NCBI GenBank assembly: GCA_016786765.1
Contig: JAEUUZ010000051.1
Span: 163,453-227,452, forward strand
DNA length: 64,000 nt
From: Chitinophagales bacterium
GTDB taxonomy: Bacteria; Bacteroidota; Bacteroidia; Chitinophagales; LD1
Direction of reading: 5' to 3'
Shown piece by piece: positions 31,205 through 42,882 of the stretch; position 1 is the first letter of the stretch, and each line of letters opens with the position of its first letter. The notes under the pieces were generated by a model. That model was not told the DNA's origin. It worked only from the letters and a program-made list of their open reading frames with translations, and did no database searches. The translations under genes were made by a program, and so were the position numbers.

Positions 31205-32275
31205 TTAATAATAAATGGCACCATTAACGGAATCAGTTTTTGCTCCGGTTACGGAATGCAATACATTTACTTCGTTACGCCAGCGCAAAACACCCATGAA
31301 GGCTATAATTAATGCCTCTTTATAATTTACAATAGCAGGTTCAGGCACAATAACGTTTCGCCCTGTTACTGCTTCAATGCGTTGAACCAAGTAATGATTA
31401 AAGGCTCCTCCGCCAGTAATAAAAAAAGGCTCGCTTTGATCAAGCATAAAAGCTACACTTTCTTTTAGCTGCATTGCAATATGTTCGCAGCAAGTAGCTA
31501 ACTTATCGGCAACAGAGTAATTAAAAGCATTGACCATTGGGAAAAGCACATTCGTGCTAAATCCGTTATCTAATGACTTTGGGAAGGGTAGCGAAAAAAA
31601 GTCCAACGAATTCAATTGCATCAACAGATCCTCCTGTATAGTACCTGTTGAAGCTAACGCTCCATCCGCATCGTATGGCTTACCAACCTGTGCCGATAAA
31701 TAATTCAACAATTGGTTTGCACAACATACATCAAAGCCAATAACGGATTCACCACTATGGTAAGAAATATTCGCAATGCCTCCAATATTCAGGAATAGCT
31801 TGTTATGCTGAAAAAGAAATTGCTCACCTATAGGAACAACAGGTGCACCATTTCCCTGTAGCGCAACATCCTTCGATCGAAAATCAACAACGGTTGGAAT
31901 CCCAGTTACCGCTGCAATTTGAGCCCCATCACCGATTTGTGTTGTAAACTGTTGTTCCGGAAAATGAAACACTGTATGGCCGTGTGAAGCGATAAATTCT
32001 ACTTGCGCTTGCAAAGCATATCGATCTATAAATACATTTATTTGTTCACCAAAATAATGACCTAAACGGGAATGTAAATACCACAACTCTTTCCCTGAAA
32101 GCTGAGTAGCCTTTTGGAGTTCAGCGCGAGTAGATTCATCCCATTCAATACAAGCTACATGTTCTAGGGAAAATGTCCAGCCAGTTGTACTATGCCGGAA
32201 AACACAATAGGCTATATCGATTCCATCCAGCGAACTGCCCGACATTAAACCTATAACGCGGTATTGAGTTTTCAT
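31205..32275 (-). CDS. anmK: Anhydro-N-acetylmuramic acid kinase AnmK
   Basis: From the ATG at 32275 the protein starts MKTQYRVIGLMSGSSLDGIDIAY, the typical AnmK N-terminus. The start overlaps the thiL stop by 1 nt (TAATG). Confidence 0.85.
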   Translation of the reverse strand: MKTQYRVIGLMSGSSLDGIDIAYCVFRHSTTGWTFSLEHVACIEWDESTRAELQKATQLSGKELWYLHSRLGHYFGEQINVFIDRYALQAQVEFIASHGHTVFHFPEQQFTTQIGDGAQIAAVTGIPTVVDFRSKDVALQGNGAPVVPIGEQFLFQHNKLFLNIGGIANISYHSGESVIGFDVCCANQLLNYLSAQVGKPYDADGALASTGTIQEDLLMQLNSLDFFSLPFPKSLDNGFSTNVLFPMVNAFNYSVADKLATCCEHIAMQLKESVAFMLDQSEPFFITGGGAFNHYLVQRIEAVTGRNVIVPEPAIVNYKEALIIAFMGVLRWRNEVNVLHSVTGAKTDSVNGAIYY

Positions 32276-33303
32276 TAGAATGAAGATGAGAAATGATTCC
32301 AGCCTTGGGCAGTGATGGCTACGCGATTCCCGCCTTTGGTAACAAGTAAACAACCCTCTTCCTTTTCTACAATCTTGCCGATGATACTTATTCCCGGAAC
32401 ATCGACAAGCTTAGTTTCATCAGCTTCATCTATTGTAAATAACAACTCATAATCTTCTCCTCCATTCATGGCACAAGTGGTAGGATCAAGATTAAATGTC
32501 AATGCCCGTTCTGCTGTTTCTTCAACAATAGGAATTTCGTCTTCATAAATTTGACAACCCACCTTAGACTGAGAACAAATATGCAGTATATCAGATGAAA
32601 TTCCGTCTGAAACATCGATCATAGCCGTAGGCTGTAAATTCATTTCTTCAAAGAAATCAATGATATCTTTTCTTGCCTCAGGCTTCAATTGCCGACCTAC
32701 TAAATACTTTTCGCTTTCTAAATCGGGTGTAATATTTTGATCTTCTAAGAAGATTCTTTTCTCGCGTTCCAATAACTGTAACCCTAAGTAAGCAGCGCCC
32801 AAGTCGCCTGAAACAGCAATCAAATCGCCTACCTTAGCGCCATTTCGATACACTATTTTTTCTTCATTAGCATAACCCACAGCAGTAACTGAAATAATCA
32901 ATCCCTTAAGTGATGATGTTGTATCTCCCCCTACTAAATCCACGTTATAAACTTTACAGGCATGTAGAATGCCTTCATAAATTTCTTCCAAGGCTTCAAC
33001 TGTAAAACGGCTAGATATAGCCAACGAAACGGTAATGTGCTTCGGACGAGCATTCATCGCATAAATATCTGAAAGATTGACCACTACGGCCTTGTAACCA
33101 AGATGCTTTAATGGAGTATACATCATATCGAAGTGAATTCCTTCCACTAATAAATCTGTACTAACAACTACTTTTTGTTTTCCGGCATCCAAAACAGCCG
33201 CATCGTCTCCTACACCCTTAATAGTGGAATCATCTTGCGTTGAAAAGCGTTGGGTAAGACGCTGAATTAATCCAAATTCTCCTAAAGCACTAACCTCTGT
33301 CAT
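32275..33303 (-). CDS. thiL: Thiamine-monophosphate kinase ThiL
   Basis: It has the AIR-synthase-like fold with GEFGLIQRL, GVGDDAAVL and the later GGDT. Confidence 0.88.
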   Translation of the reverse strand: MTEVSALGEFGLIQRLTQRFSTQDDSTIKGVGDDAAVLDAGKQKVVVSTDLLVEGIHFDMMYTPLKHLGYKAVVVNLSDIYAMNARPKHITVSLAISSRFTVEALEEIYEGILHACKVYNVDLVGGDTTSSLKGLIISVTAVGYANEEKIVYRNGAKVGDLIAVSGDLGAAYLGLQLLEREKRIFLEDQNITPDLESEKYLVGRQLKPEARKDIIDFFEEMNLQPTAMIDVSDGISSDILHICSQSKVGCQIYEDEIPIVEETAERALTFNLDPTTCAMNGGEDYELLFTIDEADETKLVDVPGISIIGKIVEKEEGCLLVTKGGNRVAITAQGWNHFSSSF

Positions 33304-33352
33304 ATTTTTACTGTTGACTCAAATTAAATTAAACGCGCTGATTAATTGAAAT

Positions 33353-33375
33353 TAAAAAGGAGTCTTACGACCCCC
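33353..33375 (-). terminator. Weak candidate terminator after the small secreted-protein gene
   Basis: On the minus strand GGGGTC-GTAA-GACTCC pairs at 5 of 6 bp and is followed by TTTTT. Confidence 0.3.
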
Positions 33376-33394
33376 ATTTAAAGTTAGTAACAAT

Positions 33395-33643
33395 TTATTT
33401 TTTATTCTCTTTGTGTTCATCAATACTATAGGGTGCTGCGATTGTTTCTGAAACTCTTTTCTGTGGAATTGTATCAACACCTTTTTCTTCATGAACATAG
33501 TACATCATTGGCTCTTGAACAACCGGCTTTATTTTTTCACTCACAGATTTATTGGAAGATAAAGCGGCTTTACGATCACCATCATGGCCAAAAAGACTAT
33601 AGCTTAAAGAGAACAATAAAACCAAACAATATATAGTTCGCAT
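33395..33643 (-). CDS. Small secreted hypothetical protein (82 aa) immediately downstream of the collagen-like gene
   Basis: The ATG at 33643 gives MRTIYCLVLLFSLSYSLFG, a signal peptide, followed by a charged, probably disordered tail. The track start at 33655 is a TTG that abuts the collagen-like gene's stop. Confidence 0.5.
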   Translation of the reverse strand: MRTIYCLVLLFSLSYSLFGHDGDRKAALSSNKSVSEKIKPVVQEPMMYYVHEEKGVDTIPQKRVSETIAAPYSIDEHKENKK

Positions 33644-33655
33644 AATTAAAATCAA

Positions 33656-36244
<2,589 letters not shown>

Positions 36245-36540
36245 CTATTTTTCTTCTTAATTTTTAAAAAAGTGTAACAAATTTAAAAAAAACACGTAAA
36301 AAAAGAATTCTGTAATAGTAAAAGCCCAAAAAACACTTTCTCTTTTCGCTTCTTTTACTAAGTATGATGAAAAAAACACGATACGTGTTGCACGCTGTTT
36401 TTTTAAAATCCGAAAAAAAATGAAACAATGCAATTTTTCCTTGCGTGTTTTATTGCCAAACGACTACATTATTTACCTTAAATCATAGCAAGCTCAAGGA
36501 CTTCGGAAGAATGAATCTATTCTGCCCTATTTGAAAAGGA

Positions 36541-38040
36541 CTAACGAACAAGCGTCAAATTACCGGAAGCAAACTTTACGCTTGGCGCACCGTTGAGTTT
36601 ATATTCGGCTTTCCATACATATACCCCTAATTCTTGAGGCTCATCCCGAAATGTTCCATCCCAACCTTCATCTGCATCTGTGGTTTCGAAAACCTTCTCT
36701 CCCCAACGATTAAATACTTGCAGTTGAAACTGCGACAGGTTGGTATTTCTCACTCTAAATATATCGTTAGACCCGTCTTTATTCGGAGAAAACGCAGTAG
36801 GAATCAACAACTCTTCATCTTGGATTAATAAACGAACAGAATCCGAAACTAAACAGCCAAAGTCATCTAATACGTTAACAGTATATACAATATTTTCAGC
36901 AGGAGAAGATGTAGGCGATTTTATATCGGGGAAATCCAAAAATGTAGGTGGAGACCAATTGTAAGCAACTATGTTAGAAGAACTCACTATTGGGGATAAA
37001 AGTACACTCTGATACGGGTAAACATTCTTATCGGGTCCTGCATCTACAACAAATTTCTTAGAGGCTAAAGCGAATGGATAGGGATTGTAATCGGACCAAT
37101 TTCGCACCTCCAAAGTATTGAAACCTCCACTAATTGTTGGATTGGCAGAAGCTGTGTAATTCCACCGACTGTTCTCCCAATGTGCGATTTCTGTCCACTT
37201 TTTATCAGTAGATGCATTGAAATAAAATTTCACATCAGCCGGTGTTATTCCTTCATTTTGTGAAATGCGGTGATAATACAAGGGATTCACCTTACATAAT
37301 ATATTGTCTACATCATCCACATTATACGTATCTGCTGTAGGATCTTTCGCCAAGCGTATTCCATATGCGTTAGCAGCACTTGCCGTTGGTTTCATGTCAA
37401 CCGGACGATAATAAAATGGCGTTCCCGTTGAGGTTGGTGTTCCTAATGGATAGTAATAAGGGGCTACAGTATTCGTGTGGCGAATCAATTTCCCGGTATC
37501 TAAACTGCTTACAAAACCATAACTAGCTGATAGTTTTGAATTTAGGATAGCATTGGTACTTGGATTCAACACCACCATATTATATTGCTGAGTAGCCAAT
37601 TCAACATCATTCAAGTTCAAGGTACCATCTACAAAAGCATCTACACTTTGTGTCTTAATTGCTGTTGCCGGACCTGTAGTATATAAATTATGAAAAAGAG
37701 TAGGTGTTGTACCTCCTATAAGTTGGGTGTTTCCATAGAGTTCAACTGTATCTTGATTAGAAAACACATTGGAATTATTTATCCAATCGCCCAAAACTCT
37801 GTAGTTTCCGGTAGGTGATGCTACTCCTCCTAATAACGAATCATCATTCACCACGTTTCCTTCAATCACAAACTGACCGCCATTTTCGAGATACCCGTTC
37901 GCATTATGTACAGAGTTTGTTTTCACGATTACATAGCCACCGGGTTGAATGTATATACCGGCCCCTTGATTGGTAACCAGCGGTTGCGCGCTAGCTCCAA
38001 CAAAGAAAAAAAGCATCATAATGAGGATACATCGTCCCAT
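36541..38040 (-). CDS. T9SS type-B (gliding-motility-associated C-terminal domain) secreted protein, 499 aa
   Basis: It has the signal peptide MGRCILIMMLFFFVGASAQ. The C-terminus reads LIPTAFSPNKDGSNDIFRV...FNRWGEKVFE...GWDGTFRDEPQELGVYVW. Confidence 0.85.
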   Translation of the reverse strand: MGRCILIMMLFFFVGASAQPLVTNQGAGIYIQPGGYVIVKTNSVHNANGYLENGGQFVIEGNVVNDDSLLGGVASPTGNYRVLGDWINNSNVFSNQDTVELYGNTQLIGGTTPTLFHNLYTTGPATAIKTQSVDAFVDGTLNLNDVELATQQYNMVVLNPSTNAILNSKLSASYGFVSSLDTGKLIRHTNTVAPYYYPLGTPTSTGTPFYYRPVDMKPTASAANAYGIRLAKDPTADTYNVDDVDNILCKVNPLYYHRISQNEGITPADVKFYFNASTDKKWTEIAHWENSRWNYTASANPTISGGFNTLEVRNWSDYNPYPFALASKKFVVDAGPDKNVYPYQSVLLSPIVSSSNIVAYNWSPPTFLDFPDIKSPTSSPAENIVYTVNVLDDFGCLVSDSVRLLIQDEELLIPTAFSPNKDGSNDIFRVRNTNLSQFQLQVFNRWGEKVFETTDADEGWDGTFRDEPQELGVYVWKAEYKLNGAPSVKFASGNLTLVR

Positions 38041-38152
38041 AACTAAAACTCAAGATACAATATTTTGAAACTAAAAAAAACTAGCTCCTAAAATTTCTTT
38101 CAAGACGCGATAAAAAATACCTTCGTTGAATAAATCACATAAAAAAATAGCG

Positions 38153-39142
38153 ATGAAAGTAGCTGTGGTGGGCGCTACCGGTTTGGTAGGCACAAAAATG
38201 TTGCAAGTATTGCAGGAAAGAAATTTTCCTTTAACGGAATTAATTCCGGTAGCCTCTGAAAAGTCAATTGGAAAAACTGTGCTTTTTGCAGGAAAGGAAT
38301 ACCCTGTGCGCTTGATGGAGGATGCCATTGCTATGAAACCTGAGATTGCTGTTTTTTCAGCCGGTGGAAAAACTTCGTTGGAATGGGCGCCAAAATTTGC
38401 CGAAGTGGGAACAACCGTTATCGATAATTCTTCTGCATGGAGAATGGATCCTGATAAAAAATTAATAGTACCGGAAGTAAACGCACATGTACTAACAACA
38501 TCCGACAAAATTATCGCCAACCCGAATTGTTCTACCATTCAGATGGTGGTTGTATTACAGCCACTTCACTTGAAATACAAAATTAAACGTGTTGTTGTTT
38601 CTACCTATCAATCGGTAACCGGAACTGGCAAAAAAGCAGTGGATCAACTGATGAACGAACGAAAAGGAATAGAAGGTGAAATGGCCTATCCATACCCTAT
38701 CGACATGAATTTGATTCCACACATTGATATGTTTTTGGATAACGGTTACACCAAAGAAGAAATGAAAATGGTGAACGAAACCAAAAAAATTATGGGTGAC
38801 GAATCGATTCGCGTTACGGCAACAACCGTTCGTGTGCCTGTAATTGGCGGCCATTCGGAAAGTGTGAACATTGAGTTTGAAAACGATTTCGATTTGAATG
38901 AAGTACGTGAATTGCTTTCGAATGCTGCCGGTGTAACGGTAGTGGATGATGTAAAAAACAACCAATATCCTATGCCAATTATGGCGCATGATAAAGACGA
39001 TACGTTTGTTGGACGTTTGCGCAGAGATGAAACACAGCCGAACACGTTAAACTGTTGGATTGTTTCCGACAACCTTCGAAAAGGAGCGGCTACCAATGCA
39101 GTGCAGATTGCAGAATATTTAATGGCAAATAAACTTATTTGA
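38153..39142 (+). CDS. asd: Aspartate-semialdehyde dehydrogenase
   Basis: From the ATG at 38153 the protein starts MKVAVVGATGLVG. The active-site region is IIANPNCSTIQMV, and VPVIGGHSESV also fits. Confidence 0.92.
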   Translation: MKVAVVGATGLVGTKMLQVLQERNFPLTELIPVASEKSIGKTVLFAGKEYPVRLMEDAIAMKPEIAVFSAGGKTSLEWAPKFAEVGTTVIDNSSAWRMDPDKKLIVPEVNAHVLTTSDKIIANPNCSTIQMVVVLQPLHLKYKIKRVVVSTYQSVTGTGKKAVDQLMNERKGIEGEMAYPYPIDMNLIPHIDMFLDNGYTKEEMKMVNETKKIMGDESIRVTATTVRVPVIGGHSESVNIEFENDFDLNEVRELLSNAAGVTVVDDVKNNQYPMPIMAHDKDDTFVGRLRRDETQPNTLNCWIVSDNLRKGAATNAVQIAEYLMANKLI

Positions 39143-39143
39143 T

Positions 39144-40064
39144 TTGTTGCTATCGCTTGTCATACCTGTTTTCAACGAGCAAGAGGTTATTCCGACCCTT
39201 TGGCAGGAGGTATTTCAAGCTATGACTTCCATCACTGATGACTTTGAAGTGTTGTTTGTTGATGACGGCAGTACAGATAATAGTTTACAATTGCTTCTTA
39301 GCATACAACAGTCCGAGAAACGTGCAAAAGTGATTTCCTTATCAAGAAACTTCGGGCACCAAGCGGCTTATACTGCGGGATTAACCTTCGCAAAAGGCGA
39401 TTTTATTGCCATGATGGATGGGGATTTACAAGACCCGCCTATGCACATTAAACCTATGCTGGAGATGTTGCAGAAAGACAATTTTGAAGTAGTGTACGGC
39501 AGCCGAACCGAGCGCAACGAAAGCTATTTCAAGCAACAACTTACTTCTGCTTTTCACCGACTATTCAAACGTGTGAGTAATATTAATGCGCCTGAAAACG
39601 TTGGTAATTTTTGTGTGATGACGCGCCAAGCATTAGACACATTTTTGGAACTAAAGGAAAAGAATCGATATCTCCCGGGATTGCGTTTTTTCATTGGATT
39701 CAACCAAGGCAAATATGCTTATGAACGCCCAGATAGAACCATTGGCCATGCGAAAATGAGCTACTCCGGCCTTTTTAAACTAGCGTTTGATGCACTATTT
39801 TCGTTCTCTAATTTTCCTTTAAAATTCTGCTTTTACTTAGGCATCTTTGGGGTAGTCATCTTTTTCATTGCCGGCACCATTTCGCTAATTCATAAAATTA
39901 TTGGGATTGCGTCTCCGGGTTGGTCGTCAACGCTCATTAGTATCTATTTCTTAGGCAGTATACAATTGCTTTTCTTAGGCATCATTGGCGAATATGTATA
40001 TCGCATTTATGTTGAATCGCAGAACCGTCCGATATACATCGTAAAGAAAATGTACGATAAATAA
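39144..40064 (+). CDS. Family-2 glycosyltransferase, polyprenol-phosphate sugar transferase type (GtrB/DPM1-like)
   Basis: It has LVIPVFNEQE, FVDDGSTDNS and a MDGDLQDPP (DxD) motif. Two C-terminal TM helices are present. It uses a TTG start 2 nt after the asd stop. Confidence 0.8.
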   Translation: MLLSLVIPVFNEQEVIPTLWQEVFQAMTSITDDFEVLFVDDGSTDNSLQLLLSIQQSEKRAKVISLSRNFGHQAAYTAGLTFAKGDFIAMMDGDLQDPPMHIKPMLEMLQKDNFEVVYGSRTERNESYFKQQLTSAFHRLFKRVSNINAPENVGNFCVMTRQALDTFLELKEKNRYLPGLRFFIGFNQGKYAYERPDRTIGHAKMSYSGLFKLAFDALFSFSNFPLKFCFYLGIFGVVIFFIAGTISLIHKIIGIASPGWSSTLISIYFLGSIQLLFLGIIGEYVYRIYVESQNRPIYIVKKMYDK

Positions 40065-40161
40065 CCTTTCTCCCCTGAAATAACGTAAAAAGATATTGGC
40101 ACATTTTATGCAAAGTGGGCTATGACTTTATAAATTGGCGACCCGAAAAAGACAAAACAAC

Positions 40162-40920
40162 ATGTTGAAGCAATTCTTTATTTCCCTTTTGATCCTTTTC
40201 ACCCCCTTGCTTAATGCACAAAACAGCTATTCTGTGAATGGCAAAAAAGACTATTCTTTTTCTGAAACCAAAACATCTGAAAACGTAAAAGACTTGCTAT
40301 CAGCCGATGATATCAATGGTTTCAGCTTTAATCCGGTGCGCAACAAAGCCGTTGTTGAACTTATTTTCAAAGTACCGAACATCTCTAAATATGAAGTGAT
40401 AATTGTAGAACATGGCGATTCTGCACATGGATTCACGCCTTGTTTAACCATCAATTTAAAAGAGGAAAAAAACCTCAGCGAATCGTTTACGAAAATCGAT
40501 AAATATCCTTTGCCGTATACCGTTAGAACTTTTTACCGCGTGAAAAGCCTAACGGCTGATGGGATTATCCGCTATTTTCCCTACATCATGGAGTTGCACA
40601 ATGGCGATAAAGAAAGTTTAGAGAAACTAAAATTAGAGCAAGAAAGGCAGGCAAAAGAATCCAAAGCAAAAGACGAAGAATTGCTCAAAACGTTGGAGAA
40701 CTCTAAAAATGGACCTGCTGACGATTCGTGGAGAAATGCAAAACCGGTGGTAGTGAGTGGCGGAAAAACAGTAGATACGCCAACTACAACAACAGAAGAC
40801 GAACCCAAAGAAGAAACGGACCAGGAAAAGATAGATCGCAAACTCGCCAGAATTAAAGCGATTGAAGAAGAAATGAAAGAGAAGTTAGAGGAATTGAAAA
40901 AGTTAATGGAGGAAAAATAA
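40162..40920 (+). CDS. Secreted hypothetical protein with a highly charged coiled-coil-like C-terminal third
   Basis: The ATG at 40162 gives MLKQFFISLLILFTPLLNAQ, a signal peptide. The C-terminal ~100 aa are rich in E, K and D (EKLKLEQERQAKESKAKDEELLK...KLEELKKLMEEK). Confidence 0.5.
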   Translation: MLKQFFISLLILFTPLLNAQNSYSVNGKKDYSFSETKTSENVKDLLSADDINGFSFNPVRNKAVVELIFKVPNISKYEVIIVEHGDSAHGFTPCLTINLKEEKNLSESFTKIDKYPLPYTVRTFYRVKSLTADGIIRYFPYIMELHNGDKESLEKLKLEQERQAKESKAKDEELLKTLENSKNGPADDSWRNAKPVVVSGGKTVDTPTTTTEDEPKEETDQEKIDRKLARIKAIEEEMKEKLEELKKLMEEK

Positions 40921-40935
40921 CGCTCCCTTTTCGAT

Positions 40936-42303
40936 TTATTTACCGATACAAAATTTAGAGAAGATATTCCCCAATATCTCGTCATTCGTGACTTCTCCGC
41001 TGATCTGCCCCAAATAATTCAAAGCATTTTTCAATTCGAATGCAATTAAATCGGTAGTGATTTTATGGTCGATGCCCTGCAACACTTGATCTAGAGAAGA
41101 ATAAGCATCTTGCAAGGCCTGATAATGCCGAATATTAGTTACGGTATGATCGGCCGTTTTTACTTTTTCAGATAAAATCAAATGGCTTAAAAACTGCTTC
41201 AAATCTGCAATTCCGGCATTTTCTTTTGCTGAAACCAACAATACGTTTTGGGTATTTTGCAATTGCATATGCATTGCATCGCTACATAAATCGCTTTTAT
41301 TCGCTACCACCAAATAGGGCAAACCAAACGATGCAGCAGCTTGCAACTCTTCGGCTAAATCGCTTTCAGAGGCTATGTTTCCGGCATCGGTGATATACAA
41401 CAACACGGTAGCTGTTTTGATTTTTTCGTAGCTGCGCTGTACGCCAATCTTTTCAATGGTATCGACCGTGTCGCGCAAACCTGCTGTATCAATAAAACGG
41501 AAGGATACACCATCAATATTCAAGACTTCTTCAATGGTATCGCGGGTGGTGCCGGCAATGTCGCTTACAATGGCGCGTTCTTCATTCAACAAGGCATTGA
41601 GCAAGGTTGATTTCCCGGCATTGGGTTTACCTGCAATGGCCACAGGCACACCGTTTTTAATTACGTTGCCCAACTTGAACGATTCAATTAACGGACGTAA
41701 ATGTGTTTGAATAAATCGAATTAACTCCACCAATTTTGTGCGATCGGCAAACTCGACATCTTCCTCGGAAAAGTCTAATTCCAATTCGATATACGAAGCA
41801 AAATTCACCAACTGCGCCCGTAAATCTTTGATTTGATTCGAGAAGCCGCCACGCATTTGCTTCAAGGCTATTTCATGCGCTGCTGCTGAATTTGACGCAA
41901 TCAAATCGGCTACGGCTTCGGCTTGACTTAAATCTATTCGCCCATTCAAAAAGGCACGTAAGGTGAACTCACCCGGATTCGCCAACCGTGCACCATGTTG
42001 CAGCAATAATTGTTGAATTTGCTCCTGAATAAAAGGCGAACCGTGACAGGCTATTTCCACCACATCTTCTGTTGTAAAGGATTTTGGGGCACGAAAAATA
42101 CTCACCATCACCTCATCAATTACTTTTTCACCATCCACAATATGTCCGTAGTGAATGGTATGCGAAGGCTGTGCTTCCAGATTTTTCCCTTTAAACACCT
42201 GCTGACAAATCGATAGTGCCTGCTCCCCGGAAAGCCGTATAACGCCTATGGCGCCCATGCCCTGAGCGGTGGCTAATGCTACTATGGTATCGTTGGTGAT
42301 CAT
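40936..42303 (-). CDS. mnmE: tRNA modification GTPase MnmE (TrmE)
   Basis: The N-terminus is MITNDTIVALATAQGMGAIGVIRLSG. The G-domain has GKPNAGKSTLLNAL and DTAG. The C-terminus is the invariant FCIGK. Confidence 0.92.
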   Translation of the reverse strand: MITNDTIVALATAQGMGAIGVIRLSGEQALSICQQVFKGKNLEAQPSHTIHYGHIVDGEKVIDEVMVSIFRAPKSFTTEDVVEIACHGSPFIQEQIQQLLLQHGARLANPGEFTLRAFLNGRIDLSQAEAVADLIASNSAAAHEIALKQMRGGFSNQIKDLRAQLVNFASYIELELDFSEEDVEFADRTKLVELIRFIQTHLRPLIESFKLGNVIKNGVPVAIAGKPNAGKSTLLNALLNEERAIVSDIAGTTRDTIEEVLNIDGVSFRFIDTAGLRDTVDTIEKIGVQRSYEKIKTATVLLYITDAGNIASESDLAEELQAAASFGLPYLVVANKSDLCSDAMHMQLQNTQNVLLVSAKENAGIADLKQFLSHLILSEKVKTADHTVTNIRHYQALQDAYSSLDQVLQGIDHKITTDLIAFELKNALNYLGQISGEVTNDEILGNIFSKFCIGK

Positions 42304-42375
42304 TGTTAGTTGCAAATAAACGTTTTTAACTGCCTTTTTTCAACAAATTTCTTTCGGCATTTATACTTTTAGGGC

Positions 42376-42831
42376 ATGAAAATATTGATGGTTTGTTTAG
42401 GAAATATTTGTCGCTCGCCTTTAGCTCACGGCATTTTGGAACATAAAGTGCAGCAACAGCAATTGGGTTGGGAAGTGGATTCGTGCGGTACCGGAGGTTG
42501 GCACGCAGGCGAAAAGCCGGATATGCGCAGCAGAGCTATTGCTCAGGATAACGGGATCGACATCAATGCGCAACGTGCTCGTAAAATTACGGCTGATGAC
42601 ATTGCGAACTTCGATTTGATTTTTGCGATGGATGCTTCGAATTACCAAGACATCCTGCATTATTGCCACACAGATGAAGAACGCGCCAAAGTGAAAATGA
42701 TTTTGAATGAAGTGCATCCGGGCATGAATGGCCAGGTGCCCGACCCGTATTATGGCGGACCGGACGGATTCAAAAAGGTGTACGACATGTTGGATGAAGC
42801 TTGCGATAAGATAATTGAACACTACCGATAG
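42376..42831 (+). CDS. Low-molecular-weight protein-tyrosine phosphatase
   Basis: It carries the P-loop VCLGNICRSP and a downstream DPYYG. Confidence 0.88.
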   Translation: MKILMVCLGNICRSPLAHGILEHKVQQQQLGWEVDSCGTGGWHAGEKPDMRSRAIAQDNGIDINAQRARKITADDIANFDLIFAMDASNYQDILHYCHTDEERAKVKMILNEVHPGMNGQVPDPYYGGPDGFKKVYDMLDEACDKIIEHYR

Positions 42832-42882
42832 TTTTTTACGGCTTAGTTTGTAGTTTTACCCAAGTAGGTATTAAGAAAGCAT

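Noticed and set aside
33304-33394. A possible TPP riboswitch upstream of thiL
   Set aside because: The 91-nt spacer is AT-rich, lacks the CTGAGA / ACCTGA core motifs, and contains the weak terminator of the preceding unit.
38071-38538. A 155-aa minus-strand ORF overlapping the 5' part of asd
   Set aside because: It is antisense to a confidently identified asd gene and I recognise no motifs in it.
40581-40985. A 134-aa minus-strand ORF overlapping the charged tail of the 40162-40920 gene
   Set aside because: It is the Ser/Phe-rich antisense shadow of a Glu/Lys-rich coding region and runs across the intergenic gap into mnmE.
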